Shown one piece after another: positions 17,631 through 27,327 of a stretch of 64,000 nucleotides of DNA. The position numbers were made by a program, and so were the translations under genes. Source of the DNA: a virus. Under the pieces are notes generated by a model. The model was not told where the DNA came from. It saw nothing but the letters and a program-made list of their open reading frames with translations, and searched no databases. Each line of letters opens with the position of its first letter. The stretch's first letter is position 1. Where the stretch lies: IMG/VR virus record IMGVR_UViG_3300032284_002843, positions 32,001 to 96,000 of that record. The stretch is one strand, 5' to 3'.

Positions 17631-18269
17631 AAGAATCTTATCAAACAAATCCATAGGATGAATTTTGTTAGCATGGGAATTTGGAACCCAACTGTCATTG
17701 GATTTTGAAAACCATGTGACATAGCTTAGTACCAAATGTATGCGAGATACAGTTGGTAATCCAATTTTATAGATTCTATGCAAAATACTTTGATCAAATG
17801 CATAGACTTGCCCAACAGCAAGATTTATAGGTTTGTAATTGTCTAATTGAAACTGATATTCTGTACTGGTTTGTAACGGTACAATTACACGCAAAACCTC
17901 ATGCGGACGTTCATCTCTGTGCCATAAAAAATTTTCGTTAGCATTTCCACCGGCTACGTGTCCGTCAATTTCTGTAATCTTACATCTAACAAGCGGAAAA
18001 AATTCCAATGGATTTAACAAATCTGAATATAAAGGAGTATCAAACCTCAGCGTGTCCTGATACCATGGATTTTTATATCCTCCGCCACATACCTGCGAAG
18101 ATTTTGGTTGAATATCACATAGATCGCTGTAATGTAATCCAGTACCTTGATACCAAGGTTGGTTATGCCATGTATGTTTCTCTGCATTGCGATAAAAGGT
18201 GAGAAATTTGTCTATTATATCTTTATTTTGTAATGGCTTAGAGATAATAGGGGAGCTGTTACGTTGCAT
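17625..18269 (-). CDS. 2OG-Fe(II) dioxygenase, Asp/Asn beta-hydroxylase-like
   Basis: WHRD (HxD), RVIVPLQT, LH...SRIHLV; likely start ATG 18269. Confidence 0.8.
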   Translation of the reverse strand: MQRNSSPIISKPLQNKDIIDKFLTFYRNAEKHTWHNQPWYQGTGLHYSDLCDIQPKSSQVCGGGYKNPWYQDTLRFDTPLYSDLLNPLEFFPLVRCKITEIDGHVAGGNANENFLWHRDERPHEVLRVIVPLQTSTEYQFQLDNYKPINLAVGQVYAFDQSILHRIYKIGLPTVSRIHLVLSYVTWFSKSNDSWVPNSHANKIHPMDLFDKILL

Positions 18270-18318
18270 GCAACGTAACTTGTAATCTTTCTTCAATTGT
18301 TTGAAAATTGTCACTGGA

Positions 18319-18867
18319 TTACCAGTATTTGCCTTTGGCCTTACTGCTCGGAGCACGACAGCTCCAATATCTTGCAGTTTTTGGATCTTTGGCAGTTTTG
18401 CAGTGATGTCTTGCTGCAAAGCTCTTTCTGCGAGCAGCACTGCCTTTTCTAACTCTTAAATTACTTCCAGGTCCTTTGTGTGGACTACCAAATTCAACTT
18501 TTTTAGCCTTTACTCGACCTTGTGCATCTTTTTTACCGCTGTTAACATAGACTTTATGACGTTTGGTATCACCGCGCATTACTTTACGTAAAGGTACTGT
18601 TTTTCCTTGATATACAGCTTCTTCAATTACGTCGCTGTCTTCAATCCAACCGTATCTTAAAAAGAAATGATCTTCGTTATCATAACTTTCTTCTAAAATT
18701 TGTGAATAGTTTTCGTCTTTATAAAACCCTTCTTGCCATCCCATTATCCAATGGCTTTCAGCAAGACTATCTGGGCGATAAGGACAGTTATCTAATTCTT
18801 GTCCTTCAAAAAAGGCATTTAAACCTTCTAGCTGAATTTGTTTAAAATCGATATCTGTAAGTTTCAT
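18319..18867 (-). CDS. Late protein: RMF-like N-terminal motif plus basic C-terminal domain
   Basis: CPY.......W..GW.EG, then KSFAARHHC...ARYWSC; TATAAATA 5 nt before ATG. Confidence 0.7.
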   Translation of the reverse strand: MKLTDIDFKQIQLEGLNAFFEGQELDNCPYRPDSLAESHWIMGWQEGFYKDENYSQILEESYDNEDHFFLRYGWIEDSDVIEEAVYQGKTVPLRKVMRGDTKRHKVYVNSGKKDAQGRVKAKKVEFGSPHKGPGSNLRVRKGSAARRKSFAARHHCKTAKDPKTARYWSCRAPSSKAKGKYW

Positions 18868-18918
18868 ACTGTTATTTATACTTACTGTTACTAAATAACA
18901 TAGCGAAAAGACATTAAC

Positions 18919-19263
18919 ATGCGTGCAAAAGAACTATTTGAAAGCGAACAAGCTGATTTGCCATGGGGAGCAAGAGAAACACTTCCTCCCAGCATGGTAG
19001 TTCCGGATATGGGCCCATATTATGAATTCTATAGATTTGTGATAAGCTTGGCAGGATATCCAGAAAAAGAAGATATTCCCAGTAGCAGCGTCGTACGAGA
19101 CGTTCCGTTAATAGTTCCTTACAGCCCACAAGAGCACGACAGCGTTATGAAAATCTTGAAAAAAATGAAAAAGCATCCAGTTCATCTAACTAAAAAACCA
19201 AGTATTGAGCCGGACTTTGTTCACAAGGAAAGTCCAGTTAGAAAATTTGAGGATTTGGACTAG
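18919..19263 (+). CDS. Hypothetical late protein (tandem paralog 1)
   Basis: TLPP..V.PD...Y..YR..EP..V...SPV..F.DLD shared with the next gene. Confidence 0.8.
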   Translation: MRAKELFESEQADLPWGARETLPPSMVVPDMGPYYEFYRFVISLAGYPEKEDIPSSSVVRDVPLIVPYSPQEHDSVMKILKKMKKHPVHLTKKPSIEPDFVHKESPVRKFEDLD

Positions 19264-19631
19264 TGAGACTACGAGATTTATACGAAGGACTGCACGCTGC
19301 CCCGCTTAGGTCAGACCTCACTGATACACTGCCTCCAACTTATGTGATACCAGATTTACAAAACAACGATAGCTATGTACAATATAGGTATCTAGTAGCG
19401 TTGGCTGCTGCAGAGGCTATAGAAAAGGGCGAAGTTGGAATGGCGCAGGAAAGCACATGGAATGAAATGACCAGCGTTGTTTGCTATACTCCAGCAGAAG
19501 AAATCATAGTTAAAGATGCTAACAAGCATATGGGGGTGTTTGGCAAAAAAATAAGCAAGACGCCAAGCAAAGAACCAACCTGGGTGAATACTTCTAGTCC
19601 TGTAGCAACATTTAAGGATTTGGACAAATGA
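19263..19631 (+). CDS. Hypothetical late protein (tandem paralog 2)
   Basis: Same motif set as 18919; GTG start overlapping the stop. Confidence 0.8.
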   Translation: MRLRDLYEGLHAAPLRSDLTDTLPPTYVIPDLQNNDSYVQYRYLVALAAAEAIEKGEVGMAQESTWNEMTSVVCYTPAEEIIVKDANKHMGVFGKKISKTPSKEPTWVNTSSPVATFKDLDK

Positions 19632-20089
19632 AATTGTTTGAAATAGAACAAGACATAGATCATCCACATGGCACCATTGCTATGCTAAAGCTTAGAGAAT
19701 CAGATCAACAGAAACTGTACGACTGGTGTGAAGAAAATAATATACCGTGTATAGATAAAGATAAGCTACATTGCACTGTGTTATTCAGTTCCACGCCGTG
19801 TGCCCATCTAACCAAACATCATAAAAAAAGCCTATATGTTCCATGCACGGTAAGAGGATGGAAGAAATTAGGCGATGCATTAACTCTGCATTTAGATGCG
19901 CCCCGCGCAGATAGAATCCACAGATACATGAGAAGTCAAGGCGGTAGCCATGACTATCCTGATTTTATTCCACATACAACTGTTAGCTACAAATGGAAAA
20001 AGGATGAACTACCCGAGGTTCATCCTAATTTTCCATTGACCTTTGACCTTTTAGAAGTAACGGCCATTGATCCTGATTTTGGTGCTTAG
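19628..20089 (+). CDS. 2H phosphoesterase, T4 gp57B/Acb1-like
   Basis: Two HxT motifs: LHCTVLFS and HDYPDFIPHTTVSY. Confidence 0.8.
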   Translation: MKLFEIEQDIDHPHGTIAMLKLRESDQQKLYDWCEENNIPCIDKDKLHCTVLFSSTPCAHLTKHHKKSLYVPCTVRGWKKLGDALTLHLDAPRADRIHRYMRSQGGSHDYPDFIPHTTVSYKWKKDELPEVHPNFPLTFDLLEVTAIDPDFGA

Positions 20090-20455
20090 TTAGCCAGCGT
20101 GCCTAGTAACATAGTTTAGGCGTATATCAGTAGATCCAAAAAATTCAGTTACAGTAGCCATAACTACATCATTACTAAATGGTTTGCAGCTGAAAACATC
20201 AAGATAAGCAGTATTATCCTTATCTACAAAATGAGCACAAATATTTGAGGTTTCTATAAGCTGAACCATGCTAAATCCAGCTTTTTCTGGATCGTGAGTA
20301 GCAAAATGTTCAATTGTAGGTTCTCCATATGCCTTCATATCGATTCTTTTTACTAACTCTTTAGTAAAATTGTATATATTTTCACGACTACCTATCTTAT
20401 CATGATCGCAACCAGCGCAATCTAACATTAAATGATATCCCCAATATTTGCTCAT
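20090..20455 (-). CDS. speD: S-adenosylmethionine decarboxylase proenzyme
   Basis: GYHLMLD, IETSNICAH self-cleavage region, YLDVFSCK. Confidence 0.88.
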   Translation of the reverse strand: MSKYWGYHLMLDCAGCDHDKIGSRENIYNFTKELVKRIDMKAYGEPTIEHFATHDPEKAGFSMVQLIETSNICAHFVDKDNTAYLDVFSCKPFSNDVVMATVTEFFGSTDIRLNYVTRHAG

Positions 20456-20568
20456 CCCATATGTCCTCCTATGTTCAATGGTAGATTCTATTTATAGATG
20501 TTAGGTTAAAAAACATGCAATATATCATAAATATTTTACCAGAAACTTTATTTTTGATGGACTAGACA

Positions 20569-21468
20569 ATGAAACTTCTTGATGTTCTCGACAGTGACCC
20601 TATACAAGTTAGTATGACTCAACCAACTATGGAAAATTTTGAAATAGACGAAAAAACCAAGACCCCAGATAGGTCAGGACATTATTGGTCTAGCAGCGGC
20701 GCTTTGCGTCACTATATTGAACGTAATTATGGCGGTGATGTTACCTGTCAAAAAGCACAAAAGGTTAAAGGCGATGCTCACGCAAGGAAAAAAGTAAGAA
20801 ACGCTGCAAGCTTTTATCAAAATCTACACTGTGTAGGTACAAAACAAGTTAAAGAAGAAGATAATAATCAAGGCGCTGCTTTGACAATTTTTGACATAGA
20901 TGATACTCTATTCAAAACTGATGCTAAGGTGCATGTTACAAACAAAGCTGGAGAACGCAAAGCATTATCTAATAAAGAATTTAACAACTATAAACTTGCC
21001 GATGACGAAGAATTTGATTTTGGCGAATTTAAAGATGCTGAAAAATTTAATAAAACCAGTACACCCATTCAAAATATTTGGCGCACAGCTCAGAACACAT
21101 TAGAAAACATAGGCAAAAGACCAGGCAGTCGTGTGGTGATTGTTACTGCAAGAGGTGATCTAGATAACAAAGATCTATTTCTTGATACTTTTAGACAACA
21201 TGGGTTAGACATGAATAAAGTACATGTTTATAGAGCTGGTAATATCAAAAACGGTAATAGTGCTGACAAGAAGAAAATTGTAATTAGAAATTTACTTGAG
21301 AATGGTAATTTTACCGAAGTACGCTTGTTTGATGATCATGAAGAAAATCTAGCAGAGTTTCTAAAGCTTAGCCAAGAATTTCCGGGCGTGATCTTTAAGG
21401 CTTTTCCTGTTAGTCACGCAGGAAAAATTGCACAGCCAATAGTTACCGTTGGAAATATTGAATCATAA
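20569..21468 (+). CDS. HAD-superfamily phosphatase with N-terminal extension
   Basis: IFDIDDTL, IVTAR, K, LFDD. Confidence 0.8.
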   Translation: MKLLDVLDSDPIQVSMTQPTMENFEIDEKTKTPDRSGHYWSSSGALRHYIERNYGGDVTCQKAQKVKGDAHARKKVRNAASFYQNLHCVGTKQVKEEDNNQGAALTIFDIDDTLFKTDAKVHVTNKAGERKALSNKEFNNYKLADDEEFDFGEFKDAEKFNKTSTPIQNIWRTAQNTLENIGKRPGSRVVIVTARGDLDNKDLFLDTFRQHGLDMNKVHVYRAGNIKNGNSADKKKIVIRNLLENGNFTEVRLFDDHEENLAEFLKLSQEFPGVIFKAFPVSHAGKIAQPIVTVGNIES

Positions 21469-21492
21469 TTCAATTGCTGTTAACATTTAAAT

Positions 21493-21981
21493 ATGATGTT
21501 AATAGCACACCGCGGACTATTATATGGTCCTTCTCAATATCTTGAAAATACCCCTGAACAAATTGAAAAAGCATTGCATTTAGCTTTTCATGTAGAAGTT
21601 GATATTTGGTATCACAAAAAAGGCCAATCAAATGAGAACCTATGGTACTTAGGGCACGACGGACCAGACACGCAAGTTGATATAAAATGGCTAAGAAGCT
21701 TACCATTAGATCGTGTATGGTTTCATGCTAAAAGCATTCCAACATTATGCAAGTTAAGTCAAGAAACTTGGCCAGTACATTATTTTGCACATGAAAATGA
21801 TCCAGTAGTCATTACCAATAGTGGATATTTGTGGACATATCCGGGCAAACAATTAACTGAGCAAAGTATAATGGTTTTACCAGAAATAGAAGGCATGAGC
21901 CATATTGAGATGTACGCACGCACAGTGCAAGGCATTTGCAGTGATTATGTAGTTGATATCTATAACAAATTAAAAAGATAA
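21493..21981 (+). CDS. Glycerophosphodiester phosphodiesterase-like protein
   Basis: IAHRG, EN, VEVDIW, LGHD, GICSDY. Confidence 0.78.
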   Translation: MMLIAHRGLLYGPSQYLENTPEQIEKALHLAFHVEVDIWYHKKGQSNENLWYLGHDGPDTQVDIKWLRSLPLDRVWFHAKSIPTLCKLSQETWPVHYFAHENDPVVITNSGYLWTYPGKQLTEQSIMVLPEIEGMSHIEMYARTVQGICSDYVVDIYNKLKR

Positions 21982-22003
21982 ATATTGCAGGTAAGCTTGC
22001 AAT

Positions 22004-22978
22004 ATGACAAAAATTTGGGCAATAGGTCAACAATATAATTGGTTGGTATCGAATACTGCTGTAGCCAGCAGTATTGATGGACAAATATGGCAATCTATTG
22101 AATCTCCGTTTGATATATCCGATCGAGGAACATGCATCACTGCCAATAACAATAATGACTTGGTAGCTGCGAGTGCTGCTGGTAATATATCATTTTCATC
22201 TGACAAGCAAACATGGCAAAAAGGTACCATAGGAGTAGAAAATTTCTATGTTGCCGGAACTGTGTGTACTGATAAAATGATAGCTGTTGGTCGCCGCTAT
22301 TACACAGTTGAACAAGATAATTACCCAGTTGGATCAGAAATAGCTCAAATTTTCAACAGCCTTACAGGCGAGCCCGACACCTGGGCAATGATTTTCAGCA
22401 GCCCATACAATCCAAGTGGTCTAAACAACATAAAGTTTTTTCCAAATGCACAAATTGACACAAATACCTTATCAGACGTTGTAGTGATTGTAGGCGATAA
22501 ATTTGGCACTCCGTTCCTTTGTTATAGCACAGACTTAGGTTTAACATTTACTGAGATTTTTATTCCTGCTACATTCAATTATCCATTTTGGGATGTTGAG
22601 TATGACGAGTCTAATCATCTTTGGTATTTTGCCACAAATGGTAAAATTGCTGTTGCTAATAGTCTGCTAAATCCCCAATGGACCAATTCATCAACACTAG
22701 ATTATAATAGTCCTACCATTAAGCTAAAATTAAACCCAACGGGTCAAATGTGTGCCATTACCAAAGATTCCATTTGGTACAGTGCGAATTTAGAATCATG
22801 GCAACAATTTTCTGCAGCTGGTTATCAATGGCGCAGCATAGAATGGTTTGATAATAAATGGATAGCAGGAGCAGAAAGCACGCTTACTCAATATACATTT
22901 TTTACATCCGTTGATGGCATAAATTGGATTCCAGACAATAATGGAATTCAAATGATGAATTTTACCAAAACAAGTTAA
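22004..22978 (+). CDS. BNR/Asp-box beta-propeller protein
   Basis: Repeated S.DG..W boxes; TAAATA box upstream. Confidence 0.7.
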   Translation: MTKIWAIGQQYNWLVSNTAVASSIDGQIWQSIESPFDISDRGTCITANNNNDLVAASAAGNISFSSDKQTWQKGTIGVENFYVAGTVCTDKMIAVGRRYYTVEQDNYPVGSEIAQIFNSLTGEPDTWAMIFSSPYNPSGLNNIKFFPNAQIDTNTLSDVVVIVGDKFGTPFLCYSTDLGLTFTEIFIPATFNYPFWDVEYDESNHLWYFATNGKIAVANSLLNPQWTNSSTLDYNSPTIKLKLNPTGQMCAITKDSIWYSANLESWQQFSAAGYQWRSIEWFDNKWIAGAESTLTQYTFFTSVDGINWIPDNNGIQMMNFTKTS

Positions 22979-23041
22979 TTTGATTTTTTGACAAGCCAAA
23001 TACTCATAGGCATGCTTGAATTATCAGTAAGGAGATAATAC

Positions 23042-23314
23042 ATGAGCATAGGATCATTGAGTACTGCAGATAAAGCAAAACTACAACATCTAATCAACGA
23101 CGGCGTACAAGCACTTAGCGACATTGCTAATATGAAAGAAGGCTTAAAGGAAACAGTCGATGCTATAGCAGAAGAACTGGAAATTAAAAAGCCAGTACTG
23201 AACAAGGCAATTAGAATTGCTTACAAGAGAAGTCAAAACAAAGACGAGCTCAGCGCTAATAGAGAAGAGCTAGACGAAGTTGAAGAGATTCTTGCAGCAG
23301 CTGGCAAGCCATAA
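23042..23314 (+). CDS. dsDNA-binding protein (T4 DsbA/GapR-like)
   Basis: Small helical protein with LKE....IAEELEI....LNKAIRIAYK; strong RBS. Confidence 0.65.
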   Translation: MSIGSLSTADKAKLQHLINDGVQALSDIANMKEGLKETVDAIAEELEIKKPVLNKAIRIAYKRSQNKDELSANREELDEVEEILAAAGKP

Positions 23315-23329
23315 AAAGGCGTTATAAAA

Positions 23330-24346
23330 ATGGATAATCAAGTAGAAAATCCTTGGATATTTCTAACTGGTGCATCAGGATATATAGGAAGTCATCTCAG
23401 TGCTGAACTGAAATCTCGCACTTCCTATAATCTTATGCAAATTGATCAACGAGCAAAATTATTACCACATACTACAAGATTTTGTGATATTTTTGCCGAT
23501 GAAGATTTTGCCAGCCCGCTGGTTCTAAGTTCTATTATGCAATATCGACCAGAAACTGTAATACATCTAGCAGCCAGCAGTACCATTGGACCGGGACAAA
23601 GCGATCCCTTGAAATACTGGAAGAATAACGTATCACGTACAATAAAATTAATTCATGCCTGTGTAGATGCCGGTGTGAAAAACTTTATTTTTGCCAGCAC
23701 CAGCAGTGTATATGGCAACAACGGCACTGCAGAATCTTCTGAAATTGAACCAATAACTGCCTATGCCAGAACAAAATATGCAATTGAAATGGCGTTGGCA
23801 GATTGCTGGCACAGTCATAGACTGAATAGCTTGAGTTTTCGATTTTTCAATGCTGCCGGTGCACATCATTTTCACGACCTGGGAGAGTTGTACGGATCTT
23901 CGCATTTAGTTGCCAAAATTATGGAAGCAATTATTCACCAGAATACATTAACAGTATATGGAAGAGATTACCACACTACTGATGGTACTGCTATAAGAGA
24001 TTACACACATGTACTGGATATTGTTGACGCAATTATACTTGGTATAGAATGGCTTAAATCTGGAAAAGGATATCATAAAATAAATCTTGGCAGCGGAACT
24101 GGTTATTCAGTTCAAGAGGTAATTGATCAAACCGAACATCTATTTAATCTAGCTGTTCCATATAGATACGGGGATCGTAGAGATGGAGATAGTGAACGGC
24201 GAACAGCTAATATATCTTTGGCTAAGGAAATGTTAAATTGGACGCCAACTAGAAATCTTGATGATATCTTAAGAGATTCATATAAGTGGTATTCTAGTAA
24301 CACATACAAAGACCTATATGCAAAAAAGATATGGTATGACAACTAA
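23330..24346 (+). CDS. galE: UDP-glucose 4-epimerase-like extended SDR
   Basis: TGASGYIGSH, HLAA, YARTK (YxxxK), RFFNAAG, DGTAIRDY.HV. Confidence 0.9.
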   Translation: MDNQVENPWIFLTGASGYIGSHLSAELKSRTSYNLMQIDQRAKLLPHTTRFCDIFADEDFASPLVLSSIMQYRPETVIHLAASSTIGPGQSDPLKYWKNNVSRTIKLIHACVDAGVKNFIFASTSSVYGNNGTAESSEIEPITAYARTKYAIEMALADCWHSHRLNSLSFRFFNAAGAHHFHDLGELYGSSHLVAKIMEAIIHQNTLTVYGRDYHTTDGTAIRDYTHVLDIVDAIILGIEWLKSGKGYHKINLGSGTGYSVQEVIDQTEHLFNLAVPYRYGDRRDGDSERRTANISLAKEMLNWTPTRNLDDILRDSYKWYSSNTYKDLYAKKIWYDN

Positions 24347-24397
24347 AATTAGTGCTTGCTGCACTAATATTTTACAATAAGTTGTTAGGAGTTAAGT

Positions 24398-27115
24398 ATG
24401 TATATTGATGCGTTTTTAGAAAGAGAAAAGAACACAATTTTAGTTGTTGAAAGAGATAAGAATGGCAAAAGAGCATTCAACAACTTTTCCACAAAATATG
24501 TTGTATATTGGCCAAGTCCCAGAGGCAAATATCCAAATATCTACGGTGAACTTTGTGAAAAATTTCAAACATCAAAAATAAAAGAGTTTCAACGTGAGGT
24601 AAATGTATTACCTAAGGTAAAACTACATGAAAGTGACATAAATCCAATTTTCCGTTGTCTATATGACAACTATAAAGGACTACCTGTTCCCAATTTGCAT
24701 GTGGCGTTCTTTGATATTGAAACTGACTTTGATCCGGCACGCGGCTTTTCAACACCCGATGACGCATTTAATCCTATCACAGCCATTTCGGTATATCTGA
24801 ATTGGCTTGATAGAAATTTTACATTGGTTATTAAACCAAAAGGCATGAGTGTAGAAGACGCACAAGCAATATGTGAAAAATTTGAAGATACTGTGCTTTG
24901 CAGTGACGAAAAAGAATTATTAGATATGTTCTTACGTCTCATTGAGGATGCAGACATAATGAGCGGGTGGAATTCAGAAGGGTTCGATATACCTTATATC
25001 CATAATCGTATCGTACAAATCCTAGGTAAAGAAGAAACTAGACGTCTATGTCTTTGGGGTAAGTTCCCTAAAAAACGTGAATATGAGGCATACGGAAGAT
25101 TAACTACAACTTACGATACAGTCGGAAGAATTCATCTAGACTATTTGCAACTTTATAGAAAGAATACATACCACGAAATGCATAGTTATAGACTTGATTT
25201 CGTAGGAGAATATGAAGTTGGTGAAAAGAAGGTTCCATATGAAGGCAGTCTAGATAGATTGTACAACAACGATTTTGCTAAATTCATTGAATATAATAGA
25301 CAAGACGTTATGCTGCTTGTTAAGATTGACAGAAAGAATAAATTCATTGAACTAGCTAACAATCTAGCACATGAAAACTGTGTGTTGCTGCAAACTACCA
25401 TGGGCGCAGTGGCTCTTATTGACCAAGCGATTGTAAACGAAGCACACGATCTGGGATTTGTTGTACCAAACAGACAACGAACCGATGATAACCGCGATGA
25501 TGAAGAAAATAAACATTCAAACAGCGTTGTTGGTGCTTATGTGGCAGATCCCAAAGAAGGTGTGCATAAATGGATAGGTGGCGTTGATATTAACAGTCTA
25601 TATCCAAGTTGTATTCGTGCACTCAACATGAGTCCAGAAACAGTAGTTGGACATATTCGTCCAGAGCATACTGAAAAGCTTATAGAAAAACGCATCAAGC
25701 TTGAAAAGAAAAGCTTTGCAGATGCATGGAATGCACAGTTCGGAACACTAGAATATTCGCAGGTAATGAATCAAGACATAACTCCTGTGACTATAGATTT
25801 TGAAGATGGTTCAGTCGTTACTGTAAGTGCCAGTGATGTTTATGATCTAGTCTTTAAATCTGGCAAGCCTTACATACTAAGTGCCAACGGTACTATCTTT
25901 ACTATGGAAAGAGATGGTATTATTCCACATTTGTTGTCCAGATGGTATGCTGAACGTAAGCAACTTCAAGCCGAAATGAAGAAATACAATGAACTTGCAG
26001 AAAATGCTCAAACAGAAGATGAAAAGAAAGAATATAAAAAGCAAGCTGCATTCTATGATCAAAGGCAGTTGATTAAAAAGATTCTTCTAAACAGCTTGTA
26101 CGGCGCCGTTGGTAATCCAGGAAGCAGATTCTTTGATCCACGTATTGCACAAAGCGTAACATTAAGCGGGCGCTGCATCGTCAAGCACATGCAAAGCAAG
26201 ATTAATGAAATTATAACAGGTGATTATAATCATCTTGGATTAGCTAATATATACGGCGATACAGACTCTGGTTATTTCTCGGCATATCCAGTAATGAAAG
26301 ATCAACCAGAGTTTTCTAATTTTGAGTGGACTAAAGAGAATGTTGTAGAGCTGTATGATCAAATAGGTAACCTAACTAATCAAAGCTTTCCTGAATTTAT
26401 GAGATCTGCATTTAATTGTCCAGAAAAGAATGGAGCTATTATTAGAGCAGCCAGAGAATTATGTGCATCAAGTGGGTTATTCATCACTAAGAAAAGGTAC
26501 GGCGTTCTTATCTATGACAAGGAAGGCAAGCGCAAAGACACCAATGGTAAAGCTGGTGAAATTAAGGCTATGGGTCTTGATCTCAAGAGATCAGATACTC
26601 CTAAAGTAGTGCAGGACTTTTTGAGTGAATTGCTAGTAGACGTATTAACGGAAAAGTCTGAAGATGAAATACAAAACAAAATCAAAGCATTTCGTAAAGA
26701 GTTCAGATCATGGCCAAGTTGGATTAAAGGATCACCAAAACGTGCTAATAAAATCACACATTTTGAAGGTTTAATGTCATCCACTCCGTCTGCTACTGTC
26801 CCAGGACATGTTAGAGCTAGTATTAACTGGAATAGTCTCAAAAAGATTTATAACGATCACTATTCTATGCCTATACAAGATGGATTTAAGGTAATTGTTT
26901 GCAAACTAAGACCTAATCCAACTGGCCTAACAAGTGTTGCTTATCCAGTTGATGAGCTTAATCTTCCAACATGGTTTAAAGAATTACCCTTTGATGACGA
27001 TGCTATGGAAGAAGCACTTATAGATAAAAAGGTCGGAAATCTACTTGGTGTGCTCAAGTGGGATCTTGACAAGAACAAAGATAACAACAGTTTTGATGAT
27101 TTATTCAAATTTTAG
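24398..27115 (+). CDS. Family B DNA polymerase (gp43-like)
   Basis: Exo DIET, GWNSEGFD, YNRQDV; pol DINSLYPS, KILLNSLYG, YGDTDS, KKRY. Confidence 0.98.
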   Translation: MYIDAFLEREKNTILVVERDKNGKRAFNNFSTKYVVYWPSPRGKYPNIYGELCEKFQTSKIKEFQREVNVLPKVKLHESDINPIFRCLYDNYKGLPVPNLHVAFFDIETDFDPARGFSTPDDAFNPITAISVYLNWLDRNFTLVIKPKGMSVEDAQAICEKFEDTVLCSDEKELLDMFLRLIEDADIMSGWNSEGFDIPYIHNRIVQILGKEETRRLCLWGKFPKKREYEAYGRLTTTYDTVGRIHLDYLQLYRKNTYHEMHSYRLDFVGEYEVGEKKVPYEGSLDRLYNNDFAKFIEYNRQDVMLLVKIDRKNKFIELANNLAHENCVLLQTTMGAVALIDQAIVNEAHDLGFVVPNRQRTDDNRDDEENKHSNSVVGAYVADPKEGVHKWIGGVDINSLYPSCIRALNMSPETVVGHIRPEHTEKLIEKRIKLEKKSFADAWNAQFGTLEYSQVMNQDITPVTIDFEDGSVVTVSASDVYDLVFKSGKPYILSANGTIFTMERDGIIPHLLSRWYAERKQLQAEMKKYNELAENAQTEDEKKEYKKQAAFYDQRQLIKKILLNSLYGAVGNPGSRFFDPRIAQSVTLSGRCIVKHMQSKINEIITGDYNHLGLANIYGDTDSGYFSAYPVMKDQPEFSNFEWTKENVVELYDQIGNLTNQSFPEFMRSAFNCPEKNGAIIRAARELCASSGLFITKKRYGVLIYDKEGKRKDTNGKAGEIKAMGLDLKRSDTPKVVQDFLSELLVDVLTEKSEDEIQNKIKAFRKEFRSWPSWIKGSPKRANKITHFEGLMSSTPSATVPGHVRASINWNSLKKIYNDHYSMPIQDGFKVIVCKLRPNPTGLTSVAYPVDELNLPTWFKELPFDDDAMEEALIDKKVGNLLGVLKWDLDKNKDNNSFDDLFKF

Positions 27116-27126
27116 GAGGAAAAATA

Positions 27127-27327
27127 ATGGCATTAAAGACTAGCGCATATTCACCAGAAGAATTAAAGATTCTTGTTGACGCACTCAACAGTGCCCCGGC
27201 ATATTTGTCTAAGCGGTTTATTTTAAAGAATCTATGCGGTTGGAGCGATGAAATGATCGCATCAAATGTTAGGATGAAAAATGAAGAATTGAACATGATG
27301 CAACAAGGAGATAAGGTATGGCGATAA
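27127..27327 (+). CDS. 66-aa protein resembling the C-terminal (crown) segment of portal protein
   Basis: AGGAGG RBS; YLSKRFILKNLCGWSDEMIASNVRMKNEE. Confidence 0.6.
   Translation: MALKTSAYSPEELKILVDALNSAPAYLSKRFILKNLCGWSDEMIASNVRMKNEELNMMQQGDKVWR

Noticed and set aside
20452-20470. Minigene ATG GGA TGA overlapping the speD start
   Set aside because: The SD is also acceptably spaced (9 nt) from the speD ATG; no evidence of a regulatory role.
24398-27115. Intein or intron in DNA polymerase
   Set aside because: Length and motif spacing fit an uninterrupted enzyme; no intein termini or LAGLIDADG motifs seen.
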